A DNA stretch of 64,000 nucleotides from an uncultured Candidatus Bathyarchaeia archaeon (GCA_964632845.1 CAZWDU010000003.1:84686-148685); one strand, 5' to 3'; shown: positions 17,602 to 26,590, counted from the stretch's first letter. Notes: generated from the sequence alone by a model not told the origin. Numbers and translations are program-made.

Positions 17602-17751
17602 CTAAGGTTGATTTTTCGCTGCGATTGTTTGCATAGTAGCTATTCGGTTTCTGATTGTTGCAAGTATGTCTTCGGCAACGATGTCCTGAAGCTCAACAGG
17701 CAATGAAACGATTGGCTTCAAGGCTAAGTCTAATTCTTTCTTAAAGTTCAA
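17602..17751 (-). CDS. possible 49-aa protein
   Basis: TTG start after AAGGAG; translation is (M)NFKKELDLALKPIVSLPVELQDIVAEDILATIRNRIATMQTIAAKNQP. Confidence 0.25.
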   Translation of the reverse strand: MNFKKELDLALKPIVSLPVELQDIVAEDILATIRNRIATMQTIAAKNQP

Positions 17752-17782
17752 ACAAACATCTCCTTTCAAATTAGCCGAGTCT

Positions 17783-18112
17783 TCAGTGGAACACGCCCAT
17801 CCCGATGGCCGTCAAAATTGACACCAGACTGCAGATAACGAAAACTAGAGTAGCCGTGATTTTCTGGTCAATCGCCTTCTGCCTTGACTCTAACGCAGCA
17901 ATCTGTTTCTGATGGATGTTGCACCGTTCATCAATGCCCTTCCGATATTCCATAAAAACGTCTGAGCGAAGAAACTCGGCTGCTGCAAGAGGCACGTCGT
18001 CTTCATGCTTCTTCAACAAGCTGAAATGCACCCTCTCCACGGCTATCACATAACACGAGACCTTTCTCAATTGTCTCGGGAACTGCACCCTTCTGCAACG
18101 CCTCACCACCAA
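17783..18112 (-). CDS. hypothetical protein with a C-terminal TM anchor (true start probably internal, near 18020)
   Basis: Coiled 'QKQIAALESRQKAIDQKI' followed by the TM segment 'TATLVFVICSLVSILTAIGMGVF'. Confidence 0.4.
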   Translation of the reverse strand: MVVRRCRRVQFPRQLRKVSCYVIAVERVHFSLLKKHEDDVPLAAAEFLRSDVFMEYRKGIDERCNIHQKQIAALESRQKAIDQKITATLVFVICSLVSILTAIGMGVFH

Positions 18113-18245
18113 AGCAGACTAGCAAATGCTCAACGACGTCGTCGCGGCTCAATTGGCTTACTGATTCGCTCCGCTGTCGATCCCAGAAAGCATTCTCACG
18201 AATGTAGACTCTAGCTAAGGCTGCTTGACTTCTTTTATGAACCAT
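18003..18245 (-). CDS. hypothetical protein (80 aa from the ATG at 18245)
   Basis: ORF beginning MVHKRSQAALARVYIREN... with no motif. Confidence 0.35.
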   Translation of the reverse strand: MVHKRSQAALARVYIRENAFWDRQRSESVSQLSRDDVVEHLLVCFGGEALQKGAVPETIEKGLVLCDSRGEGAFQLVEEA

Positions 18246-18371
18246 ACTAAAGCACTCTTCCTGCTTTTGCCTGCAGGTGGCGCGTTCCCCCGAAAACTCA
18301 CCACTAAAGTATGGAGAATCCCTTGACCATAAGAAATATTTAAGCACTTGACATAAGACCATCAAATAGAC

Positions 18372-19310
18372 TTAGGCAAACTCTCCGATTATCGATTGCA
18401 CAACAAGGAAGATGACATAAACAGTAACGAGCAGTGCTCCATCTTTTCTATCCAAAACGCCATCCCGAGACAAAGCGTAGACAAGCACTGCGGACACTAT
18501 CATAATTACGCCAGTTGAAAACGGAGAAAAAAGAAGAGCGGGCTTAATCGGCTGAATAAGAGTGATAATGCCTATAGTCAACATGGAATCTGCAAGAACG
18601 TTGCCCAAAATATTTCCCAATCCGAGATCGCCATGCTGCTTTTTGGACGCACGAAGAGCAAAAGCTAACTCAGGCAAGCACGTTCCAACTGCCACGACAG
18701 CTCCAACCAAAAACAACGGCAAACCAAGCGATAAACTCAACTCTTGCGAACTATCAGTAATAAGCGTCGCCCCTGCAAACAGAATTGCTAAACTAACCGC
18801 CAAAACCAAGAATTCAAAAACAAACCGAAGTTTCTGTCGTTTACCAGTCACTGCAGGTCCATCCCGTTTTGTCCTTAGCAAATTAAACCAGTAAAGCATG
18901 AATGCCAGCAACAAAATGACTCCGTCTATGCGTGAGATGTCGCCGTCAACGAACAATAAAACAGGAAGGACAACAGCCAAAAGAGACAGGCGAACGTTCT
19001 TTATTACAGAAGAATTAAGAGTCAGTTTTCCAGCAACCAACACTAAAACTCCGATAACTAAGGTTAAATCGGCAACGTTTGAGCCTAAGATAAGTCCGAA
19101 ACCAAGCGATGAGGTTCCTTCAACAGCCGACAGGACACCAATGGCCATTTCTGGAAGAACAGCGATTATGCCCGCGATCACAAAACTTGTGACAAATTCG
19201 GATAGACGAAAATATTTCGCCAAATTCAGAAGCCGTTTTATCGCTTCATCTGCGCTGAAGACTACGATAGCTAGTCCAACGCAGATTAGCAGGATAGGAA
19301 CTAAAACCAT
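18372..19310 (-). CDS. CaCA-family Na+/Ca2+ exchanger (YrbG / NCX_Mj-like)
   Basis: About 10 TM segments. Alpha-repeat signatures are 'AVLPEMAIG...GSNVADLTLVIG' and 'GTCLPELAFAL...GNILGNVLADSMLTIG'. 'ISRIDGVILL' matches the NCX_Mj layout. Confidence 0.8.
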   Translation of the reverse strand: MVLVPILLICVGLAIVVFSADEAIKRLLNLAKYFRLSEFVTSFVIAGIIAVLPEMAIGVLSAVEGTSSLGFGLILGSNVADLTLVIGVLVLVAGKLTLNSSVIKNVRLSLLAVVLPVLLFVDGDISRIDGVILLLAFMLYWFNLLRTKRDGPAVTGKRQKLRFVFEFLVLAVSLAILFAGATLITDSSQELSLSLGLPLFLVGAVVAVGTCLPELAFALRASKKQHGDLGLGNILGNVLADSMLTIGIITLIQPIKPALLFSPFSTGVIMIVSAVLVYALSRDGVLDRKDGALLVTVYVIFLVVQSIIGEFA

Positions 19311-19441
19311 TGTATATCAATGGGGAAAGGAAACCACTTTATTTAAACCTTTATTCCTTCTCGAAAAAGACTCAAGCTTCTTTTATGCTGAAGCCGATGA
19401 TGCGCGATATTACCCTAAAAGTTCCTTCTTTTCAAACAGAC

Positions 19442-19603
19442 TTATTGGTCGCTCCACAAGTCATTCTTTGCTCGGTTCAGCTTCTTGGCGATTCCGGCAA
19501 AATGCAGCACAAACCGCCCGAAACAGGTCCTGCAATAACCTGATTTGTTTCCTCGACTGATAGGGTCACCGCATTCACGGCATCGTCGAGGCTGCTTACC
19601 CAT
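19442..19603 (-). CDS. zinc-ribbon protein (53 aa from the ATG at 19603)
   Basis: 'CRECGDPISRGNKSGYCRTC' has two CxxC pairs. An ATGGGTAA overlap links it to the upstream gene's stop. Confidence 0.5.
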   Translation of the reverse strand: MGKQPRRCRECGDPISRGNKSGYCRTCFGRFVLHFAGIAKKLNRAKNDLWSDQ

Positions 19604-20051
19604 CGGTTCCGATCTCCTCTCTGGTTTTTCCCCAAATCTCAAACCCAAAATCCGTGAAAACCCACTTCTTACCATGCTTCTCAATCAAGTGCTTGCCGAA
19701 AACATCACCGCACTTGCGATTAACCCGGTTGACAATCCGAAGTATCTTATGTTTCTCAAGCTTGAACGACTTCAAATCTGAAGCTATCTTCTTGGCTAAA
19801 ACGCCGCTGCCTGACTCGTAAATGGTTGAGACAACAGCAAAATCCATATCACTTTCGCAGCAGACCTTCTCAATAAAAGGACGTTCAAAATGGAAGTACC
19901 AGCTTAAACCCTGGAAGAGAATCCGCTGCATCTGCTCAATACGCTCTAAGCGGGCTTCGATGCGGTTCATTCGCTGAATTTCATACTTGTGTTTACCAAC
20001 TTTTTCAGCCTGAGAACGCCTCTTGGGTACAGTTGATTCGCTATTTTCCAT
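19596..20051 (-). CDS. hypothetical protein, possibly a wHTH regulator
   Basis: ATG at 20051 (MENSEST...). It is basic, with 'LKSFKLEKHKILRIVNRVNRK' as a helix-like segment. Confidence 0.4.
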   Translation of the reverse strand: MENSESTVPKRRSQAEKVGKHKYEIQRMNRIEARLERIEQMQRILFQGLSWYFHFERPFIEKVCCESDMDFAVVSTIYESGSGVLAKKIASDLKSFKLEKHKILRIVNRVNRKCGDVFGKHLIEKHGKKWVFTDFGFEIWGKTREEIGTDG

Positions 20052-20296
20052 GCCCATCCATCCCAAACAGGAAAAACGCAACATCAACACGTTTAGAATT
20101 TAACAGTCGGCAACCTACACCTGTCACCTTCAAAACACTGCAACCTGAAAAAACCTCTAAAAGGCGCTGTTTCACGCAAAATACGTCTAAATTGAGCTTA
20201 TGTAGGGGCATGGAAAAACGCAGTTGGGCATGAACACTAACTGCCGAAAACAGGTTACTACGAGTGTAGTAAGTCTTAGAATCTTCGTAGTAAACG

Positions 20297-21424
20297 CTAA
20301 GAGACATAGCCTCTTCCTCCTTCGGCAATAATTTTTGGCGATTCATTTTCACCTTGAGGCTTGGCAGCATCTAAACCGAAGAGTTTACCGAGAGTATCGG
20401 CAAGGCGTTCATTGGCGGTAACTAATCGCTCAATCAACTGCGTTTTCTCAACGTTGTTTTTAACCAAGACCGCAACGTAAGAACAGAGAGAGTCAATCTT
20501 CAATTCTAAGCTTTCAAGAGTTAGAGGAAAATCAACTGCAGCTCTGCCAAGATTCTTTCCAGCGTCGTAAGCCACAGGAAAAGAAGCAGCAATAGCCGCA
20601 TGACGCTTATCCGCGTATTCCAAATGCGGACGCCCACTGAGAATGTCCTGCTTATCATGCGTAGGACTAGCATCTAACGCCCTGTCATCGTCAACCTCGA
20701 CGGTTCCAGCTTCAATCCAAGCATGACATTCTGGCCTGTAAACTCTAAACCGAGGCTTACGCAACGATTCACCAAAATCGCTTAGAAGCATCCCGAACCG
20801 TTCTTCCAAAACAAGCCGAACGCGTTCGACAACACGTGCAGCATCCATCTCCAACTCGTCTACATTGAAGCCCTTCATTTGCCCTGGATGAATAATTACT
20901 GTAGGCTCCACACCCAAATTCAAAACAACCCGCACAGTCCCTAATCGAACGCCGAGCTTAACCCAGTTCCGAGGCTCGCCGAGTTTACGCCAATCTAAAG
21001 CAGTTTGCTCTCTTCGAAGCACCTTAAACTTAACCGCATGATCTTCAAGCAGCACGGGCAATCGAACACGCTCGTCACTACCTGTGAGAAGTTTTGAACC
21101 GTAAGCCGTAAGCTCATAATACTTGACTATGCCGTCGACCTTTAGCCTTAAAGCCCCTGCCCTGAGGAACTTGTTTTTCCAATAAGTCACGTTGCTCTTG
21201 CAGCAACCAGCTACACGAACCGCCTCACTAGCGACGCCGTCAGCTCCAAGAACGCCGAGAATGTCTATTGCTTTCTGAGGTAATGGCTCTAAGAGTTCAA
21301 AACTGTCATTGAACTTTTGAACTGGTTCTTTTGAACTGGGTTCAATGAGTCGACGACGCTCAACCAAAAAAATCAGCTCCTCGCTCTGCTCCTCAACGCT
21401 TCTTTCCGAGTGGGGCACGAGCAA
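20297..21424 (-). CDS. HTH-domain protein, candidate replication or regulatory protein (375 aa)
   Basis: N-terminal 'AIDILGVLGADGVASEAVRVAGCCKSNVTYWKNKFLRAG' is HTH-like. It is the first gene of the train. I see no P-loop and no R..HxxR..Y recombinase pattern. Confidence 0.45.
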   Translation of the reverse strand: MLVPHSERSVEEQSEELIFLVERRRLIEPSSKEPVQKFNDSFELLEPLPQKAIDILGVLGADGVASEAVRVAGCCKSNVTYWKNKFLRAGALRLKVDGIVKYYELTAYGSKLLTGSDERVRLPVLLEDHAVKFKVLRREQTALDWRKLGEPRNWVKLGVRLGTVRVVLNLGVEPTVIIHPGQMKGFNVDELEMDAARVVERVRLVLEERFGMLLSDFGESLRKPRFRVYRPECHAWIEAGTVEVDDDRALDASPTHDKQDILSGRPHLEYADKRHAAIAASFPVAYDAGKNLGRAAVDFPLTLESLELKIDSLCSYVAVLVKNNVEKTQLIERLVTANERLADTLGKLFGLDAAKPQGENESPKIIAEGGRGYVS

Positions 21425-21680
21425 AAGAGACTAGGATCTGAAAAGCCAAAACATTCCAAATCGTCAGACCGGCACTTCCGACCTAAAGATCCCTCAAACA
21501 GTTTAGGACCTGCAAACTCACAGGAACCGCTGGGCACCACTTCAGAATTGACAGGCTCTGGAAACTTGTAGTTCTCCAGTAACTTGGAGCCCATCACGAG
21601 CTACCTCCAAAAAACCGACTAAAAATGCTAGAAAAAAGAAAAAGGGGAAAATAAAGAACAGTATAAAGGCGCGTGTGGAG

Positions 21681-21757
21681 TGGCGCCGCCGAAAGGACTT
21701 GAACCTTTGACCGACTGGTTAACAGCCAGCCGCTCTACCTGGCTGAGCTACGGCGGC
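21681..21757 (-). tRNA. tRNA-Asn (GTT), CCA encoded
   Basis: GCCGCCGTAGCTCAGCCAGGTAGAGCGGCTGGCTGTTAACCAGTCGGTCAAAGGTTCAAGTCCTTTCGGCGGCGCCA, with a 7-bp acceptor stem, anticodon loop CTGTTAA and T-loop GGTTCAAGTCC. Confidence 0.9.
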
Positions 21758-21811
21758 ACACCAAGTGCTTATGCCAGTCTGAGCTCCACAAAAGTATTTA
21801 AATTTAGCCAT

Positions 21812-23407
21812 TCACCGCAACATGTTAACTTCTACTTGTCGCGTTTTGTATTTGGCGATTCCCGCGAAAATCTTGTAAAACTCTCTTAAGAAGCGCACGT
21901 ACCATTTACCCGCAAAAGACAAATTAATGAGGTCATCCAACCAGTAAAAATCGTGCTCCGCACACTTAAACAACAACTGCTTATGCAACTCGTTCATCTC
22001 CGCCTTTCTGAACCAATCCTCGCGGTTCAGCCTGCCTAACGGAACAAAAAACAAAGGTACAATCAAGCTTCGACAACCCTTAAGATCATCCACTAACTCC
22101 ATCGTCTTCAACAAATCCGCCTCCCGCTCTTCAGGAAGCCCCACAATTAACGTGCACGCCGGAACCATCATGTTATCATGCATAATGCCCATCCCAGCCT
22201 TAACCACTTCAGCCCACTCTTCAGCCTTAAACGGATGCGCCTTGGCAGGCATAATCCGCTTAGCTACAGCAGGCGAACCAGTCTCAATGCCAACCTCAGC
22301 ACCCCACCAGGCCTGCTTTTCCCGAATAATCTCAGAAAGCCGCGAAAAAAGCCGCGGATTTGATGCAACCGCAGCAAGCGAACAATGACTCCAACTAATG
22401 CTATCACAGTTTTTCATAACCAACTCATGCAGCCGTATCAACTTCGCCTCATTAGGCATAGTATTCCGCGAACCATAAAGCATCACATCCTCCGCATGAA
22501 GACAACACATATTCACACCACCAGCACGGTTAACACGCATCTCTCGCAGTATCTTCGCGTAAGGATACCACCGTAATGGTCTCAAAGTTACATTACAAAA
22601 CTCACAACCCCTGCAACAACCACGTCCAATCTCAACCAACCCATTAATCGAAGGACCCATAATATCTGGTATATCTCCCACATCAGGCACTTCTTTAACA
22701 CTGGCTTCATAATATCGCGGCACATTTTCGCCATTCAAAACAGCCCTGAAAACTTTGCCAACAATATTCTCTGCCTCGCCCTCAACCACACAATCTATCC
22801 CATTGTTCTCAACAAACTCTGGCCTGTAACGAAACTGCCAAGTGCCAGGACCACCGACAACAATCTTCGCACCCTTCTTTTTTGCAGCTTTAACTGTCTG
22901 ACTACTAAGCAAAGCCTGAAAATACTTTGCCAAGTAAGGCTCCTTCTTCAATATAGCCGCGAGAGTACTTGAAGCTGGACCCAGCCCAAACGGGTCCATA
23001 ACGTAAATACCTATGACCTTGGCGTTATCAGCATACGCTCCCAAGTGATCTGGACTAACCGTGGCGACGCTGAACCCTTCCCTCAAAAGCTGAGCCTCAA
23101 CCTTACGCAAACCATAAGGCGCCGCAAACGGAACACCCCTGCGCGTTCTAATCGGCGGAAAAAACAGAAAACTAAACGCCCACTCAGGAATAAAATTCGG
23201 AGGCGCACAAGTTCCAAAACCTATAAACTCGTTATCATGATAGTTACTCATCAATGTCCTGTCACAGGTTAAAAGCACTTCAGCCCGCTTCGTTGTCCTA
23301 GCCTCCTTGTTTTTTAAATGACAAAACCTGTTTTTCTTATGAGGTTTAAACTGCGATATAACTTTATTGTTGTTGCAACGCTGCCGCAGAAAGTCGTTAA
23401 CACCCAA
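21812..23407 (-). CDS. radical SAM protein with an N-terminal B12-binding-like Rossmann domain
   Basis: 'GRGCCRGCEFCNV' is the CxxxCxxC cluster. 'KIVVGGPGTWQF...VVEGEAE' lies upstream of it. Confidence 0.75.
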   Translation of the reverse strand: MGVNDFLRQRCNNNKVISQFKPHKKNRFCHLKNKEARTTKRAEVLLTCDRTLMSNYHDNEFIGFGTCAPPNFIPEWAFSFLFFPPIRTRRGVPFAAPYGLRKVEAQLLREGFSVATVSPDHLGAYADNAKVIGIYVMDPFGLGPASSTLAAILKKEPYLAKYFQALLSSQTVKAAKKKGAKIVVGGPGTWQFRYRPEFVENNGIDCVVEGEAENIVGKVFRAVLNGENVPRYYEASVKEVPDVGDIPDIMGPSINGLVEIGRGCCRGCEFCNVTLRPLRWYPYAKILREMRVNRAGGVNMCCLHAEDVMLYGSRNTMPNEAKLIRLHELVMKNCDSISWSHCSLAAVASNPRLFSRLSEIIREKQAWWGAEVGIETGSPAVAKRIMPAKAHPFKAEEWAEVVKAGMGIMHDNMMVPACTLIVGLPEEREADLLKTMELVDDLKGCRSLIVPLFFVPLGRLNREDWFRKAEMNELHKQLLFKCAEHDFYWLDDLINLSFAGKWYVRFLREFYKIFAGIAKYKTRQVEVNMLR

Positions 23408-23497
23408 GCGTTTCTCTGTTTTCGCTGCTTCAGCGCGTGCTGCAGCAAGTTAAGTGGGTTTTCTAGAAAAATGTATATCAAGGTATTCCTCCTATTA

Positions 23498-24091
23498 ATG
23501 AGGAAACCATTATGGGGAGTAAAGGGATTAGTGAAGAAGCTATTAGAGGTTAGGTGGCACGGCAGAGGCGGTCAGGGGTCATGGACAGCAAGCGAGTTGC
23601 TTGCGCGGACAGCGTTGTACGAAAACAAGTATATTCAGTCTTTTCCAGAGTTTGGTCCTGAAAGAATGGGTGCACCAGTGACTGCTTTCACGCGGATAAG
23701 CACTGAGCCTATTAGGATACACTGCGCGGTTTACGAGCCAGACGTAGTGGTTGTTTTGGACCCTACGTTGCTGAAGACTGTTCCTGTGGCGTCTGGCATC
23801 GGAGAAGAAGGCGTTTTCGTGGTTAATTCTGCTGATGAACCTGCCAAGGTTCGAGAGAGCCTCAAAACGAAGAAGGGAAAGCTTTGGGTCATACCTGCGA
23901 CGCAGATTGCGCTGCGAGTTTTGGGGATGCCGATAACGAACACGGCTATGCTTGGAACCGTTGCCCGAGCCACGAACATAGTTAAGTTAGAGAGTATCGA
24001 GAAAACAGTTAAGGAACGTTTCCGATTGGATTTGGCGGAGAAAAACTTCGCTGTTATAAAAGAAGCTTATCAGGAGGCAAAACAAGAATGA
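23498..24091 (+). CDS. porG: pyruvate/2-oxoacid:ferredoxin oxidoreductase gamma subunit
   Basis: 'EVRWHGRGGQGSWTASELLA' is the gamma signature. The start is uncertain (ATG 23498 or GTG 23531). Confidence 0.85.
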   Translation: MRKPLWGVKGLVKKLLEVRWHGRGGQGSWTASELLARTALYENKYIQSFPEFGPERMGAPVTAFTRISTEPIRIHCAVYEPDVVVVLDPTLLKTVPVASGIGEEGVFVVNSADEPAKVRESLKTKKGKLWVIPATQIALRVLGMPITNTAMLGTVARATNIVKLESIEKTVKERFRLDLAEKNFAVIKEAYQEAKQE

Positions 24092-24369
24092 CCAGCGAAA
24101 AAGGTTGGAATGAAATTGCAGCTGCAGGCGTGTGCCCGAAGTCAAGCGTTGAGTTCTTAACGGGTGATTGGAAAACGTACATGCCTATACGCGACTTGGA
24201 AAAATGCACTCGCTGCTTGCTGTGCGTGATCTTTTGCCCTGACGGAGCCATACGGTGGCATCCTGAAAAGGGGGACATCAGCTTTGATTACACGTACTGC
24301 AAGGGCTGCGGAATATGCGCCAACGAATGCCCGACTAAGGCGATAACGATGAAACTGGAGCAGGAGTGA
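24088..24369 (+). CDS. porD: 2-oxoacid:ferredoxin oxidoreductase delta subunit (2x[4Fe-4S])
   Basis: 'CTRCLLCVIFCPDGA' and 'CKGCGICANECPTKA'. Confidence 0.9.
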   Translation: MTSEKGWNEIAAAGVCPKSSVEFLTGDWKTYMPIRDLEKCTRCLLCVIFCPDGAIRWHPEKGDISFDYTYCKGCGICANECPTKAITMKLEQE

Positions 24370-24377
24370 ATAATGGC

Positions 24378-25610
24378 ATGACAAGTGTTCATAAACAGAA
24401 AATGACTGCGATGAACGGCGATGAGGCAGTTGCCTACGCGGTTAAGCAATCAGACGTTGACGTGGTTGCTGCTTACCCGATAACGCCGCAAACGATTATC
24501 GTTGAGAAGTTCAGTGAGTATGTGGCTAACGGTGAAACCCAGACAGCGTTCGTATGTGTAGAGTCTGAGCACAGTGCGTTAGCTGCGTCTTTAGCTGCTT
24601 CTGCCACAGGTGCCAGAACTTTCACGGCTACGGCTTCAGCGGGTCTAGCTCTGATGCACGAGATGCTTTTTGTGACTTCAGGTTGTCGTGCGCCGGTGGT
24701 GATGGCTATAGCTAACAGAGCTTTGTCTGCGCCGATTAATATTCACTGTGACCATTCTGATAGCATGGCGGAGAGGGACAGCAGTTGGATACAGATGTAT
24801 GCGGAGAACGCTCAGGAAGCTTATGATTCAGTGATTCAGGCCTTTCGTATAGCTGAGGATTTGAAGGTGCTTTTGCCTGCTATGGTGGGTTTGGACGGTT
24901 TCACTTTGAGTCATTCGTTGGAAAACGTGAATGTGCTTCCAGATGATGTTGTGAAAAAGTTCGTTGGGGCTCGTCAGGTGCCTTTGGTGAAGGCACATGA
25001 AGGAAAAGATGTACCGTTTAAGCTTGACCCTGAGAATCCCATGACTATGGGTCCGATTGTTTTTCCAGATTACTATTTTGAGTTTAAGCGGCAGCAGGAG
25101 GAAGCTATGAAGAATGCTCTTGGCGTTATTCAGCAGGTGAACAAGGAGTTTGCTGAGATAAGCGGCAGAAGCTACGGGAACGGTCTTGTTGACGCTTACT
25201 GTCTTGAAGACGCTGAAATTGCGGCGATATGTTTAGGTTCAACTGCGGGCACGATGAAAACGATTGTGGATGAGCTTAGGCGGGAAGGCGTTAAAGCTGG
25301 GCTTTTAAGGCTGCGCACGTTCAGGCCTTTGCCTGTCGAAGAGATTCGAAGTGCTCTTGCGGGCGTGAAAGCTGTAGCTGTAATGGATAGGAGCATGAGT
25401 TTCGGCGGGAACGGTGGTGCAGTTTGCCATGAGGTCCGCCACTTGTTTTACGATGGGGCAGCGCACCCGTACATTGTGAACTACATTTACGGCTTAGGTG
25501 GAAGAGATTCAAGCCCGAAGGAACTGCGTAGGGTCTACGAAGACTTGCAGGGCACAGTGAAGGCTAAGCGTGTTGAGAAGCCAATACAATATGTGGGGTT
25601 AAGAGAGTAA
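24378..25610 (+). CDS. porA: 2-oxoacid:ferredoxin oxidoreductase alpha subunit
   Basis: 'MNGDEAVAYAVKQSDVDVVAAYPITPQT' is a typical alpha N-terminus. The ATG at 24378 lies 11 nt after GGAG. Confidence 0.9.
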   Translation: MTSVHKQKMTAMNGDEAVAYAVKQSDVDVVAAYPITPQTIIVEKFSEYVANGETQTAFVCVESEHSALAASLAASATGARTFTATASAGLALMHEMLFVTSGCRAPVVMAIANRALSAPINIHCDHSDSMAERDSSWIQMYAENAQEAYDSVIQAFRIAEDLKVLLPAMVGLDGFTLSHSLENVNVLPDDVVKKFVGARQVPLVKAHEGKDVPFKLDPENPMTMGPIVFPDYYFEFKRQQEEAMKNALGVIQQVNKEFAEISGRSYGNGLVDAYCLEDAEIAAICLGSTAGTMKTIVDELRREGVKAGLLRLRTFRPLPVEEIRSALAGVKAVAVMDRSMSFGGNGGAVCHEVRHLFYDGAAHPYIVNYIYGLGGRDSSPKELRRVYEDLQGTVKAKRVEKPIQYVGLRE

Positions 25611-25627
25611 AGGCGGAATGAAAAAGA

Positions 25628-26590
25628 ATGACTGAAGAATGGAAATTCACTACAAAAGACATTGCTGAAAAACCAGACTTGTTCCTTTCAGGGCACAGGG
25701 CTTGCGCAGGCTGTGGACCAGCAACCGTGCTTAGGCTGATAATGAAAGCCACGAGAGGACCGACAATAGTGACTGAAGCTACTGGCTGCATGGAAGTGGT
25801 TTCGTCGATTTACCCGTACACTGCTTGGGCTACGTCGTGGTTGCACACGGCTTTCGAAACTGCGGCTGCGAATGCTTCGGGCATCGAAGCTGCTTTGAAG
25901 ATAATGAAGAAGAAGGGCAAATTGAAAAATGAGCACGTTGACGTTATTGCGATTGCTGGCGACGGCGGAACCTACGATATAGGCATACAAGCGTTATCAG
26001 GCGCTGTTGAACGTGGGCATGATTTCATGTTTGTGCTGTATGATAACGAGGCTTACATGAACACGGGAATTCAGAGAAGCGGTGGAACACCGCACGGTGC
26101 AGCTACAACAACATCACCAGCAGGAGCAGTGATTCCTGGAAAACTGGAGTATAAGAAGCCTATTGCGGAGATTATGGTGGCGCATGAAATGCCCTACGTG
26201 GCTACTGCTTCGCCGTATTACTGGCGTGATTTGGTTGCGAAAGCTAGAAAAGGCTTAGAAGTTGATGGCCCAGCTTTTCTGCACGTGTTTGCACCTTGTC
26301 CACGTGGTTGGCGAAGCAACCCAGCTAAGTCTATTGAGTACACGAAGTTGGCGGTGGAGACGTGCGTGTTTCCCTTGTGGGAGTCAGTTAACGGGAAGTG
26401 TCAGTTGTCTACGCCTAGCAAGCTTATTGCGTTGACTCCGCAGAAGAAGAAGCCTGTAAGTGATTACTTGCAGGGACAAGGACGGTTTAGGCACATGTTT
26501 AAGCCGCAGAACAAGAAGCTGCTTGACGAAGTGCAGCACATTACTGATGAGCGGTGGCAGCGCTTGCTCAAAAAATGTCAAGCACCATAA
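25628..26590 (+). CDS. porB: 2-oxoacid:ferredoxin oxidoreductase beta subunit (TPP-binding)
   Basis: 'GHRACAGCG' and 'IAGDGGTYDIGIQALS...YDNEAYMNTG'. Confidence 0.9.
   Translation: MTEEWKFTTKDIAEKPDLFLSGHRACAGCGPATVLRLIMKATRGPTIVTEATGCMEVVSSIYPYTAWATSWLHTAFETAAANASGIEAALKIMKKKGKLKNEHVDVIAIAGDGGTYDIGIQALSGAVERGHDFMFVLYDNEAYMNTGIQRSGGTPHGAATTTSPAGAVIPGKLEYKKPIAEIMVAHEMPYVATASPYYWRDLVAKARKGLEVDGPAFLHVFAPCPRGWRSNPAKSIEYTKLAVETCVFPLWESVNGKCQLSTPSKLIALTPQKKKPVSDYLQGQGRFRHMFKPQNKKLLDEVQHITDERWQRLLKKCQAP

Larger units (their letters stand above)
1061..21600 (-). mobile_element. integrated head-tail (siphovirus-like) archaeal virus or virus-derived element; boundaries approximate
   Basis: About 30 tightly packed co-oriented genes follow canonical order: TerS-TerL-portal-protease/scaffold-MCP-connectors-tail tube-chaperone-TMP-Dit/Tal-fibre. 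The 3' end of tRNA-Asn faces the right edge. Confidence 0.85.

Noticed and set aside
18898-19560. 220-aa plus-strand ORF
   Set aside because: It is antisense to the CaCA exchanger. Its composition is the mirror image of a membrane gene (S/T/R/K-rich), and it has no motif.
20041-20370. 109-aa ORF in the gap between the 375-aa gene and the regulator
   Set aside because: It overlaps the end of the upstream gene, has no motif or convincing start context, and the region is more likely a 250-bp regulatory spacer.
20297-21424. Calling the 375-aa lead gene an integrase because it is next to a tRNA
   Set aside because: No R...HxxR...Y or serine-recombinase motif is visible. Only an HTH is supportable, so the function is left open.
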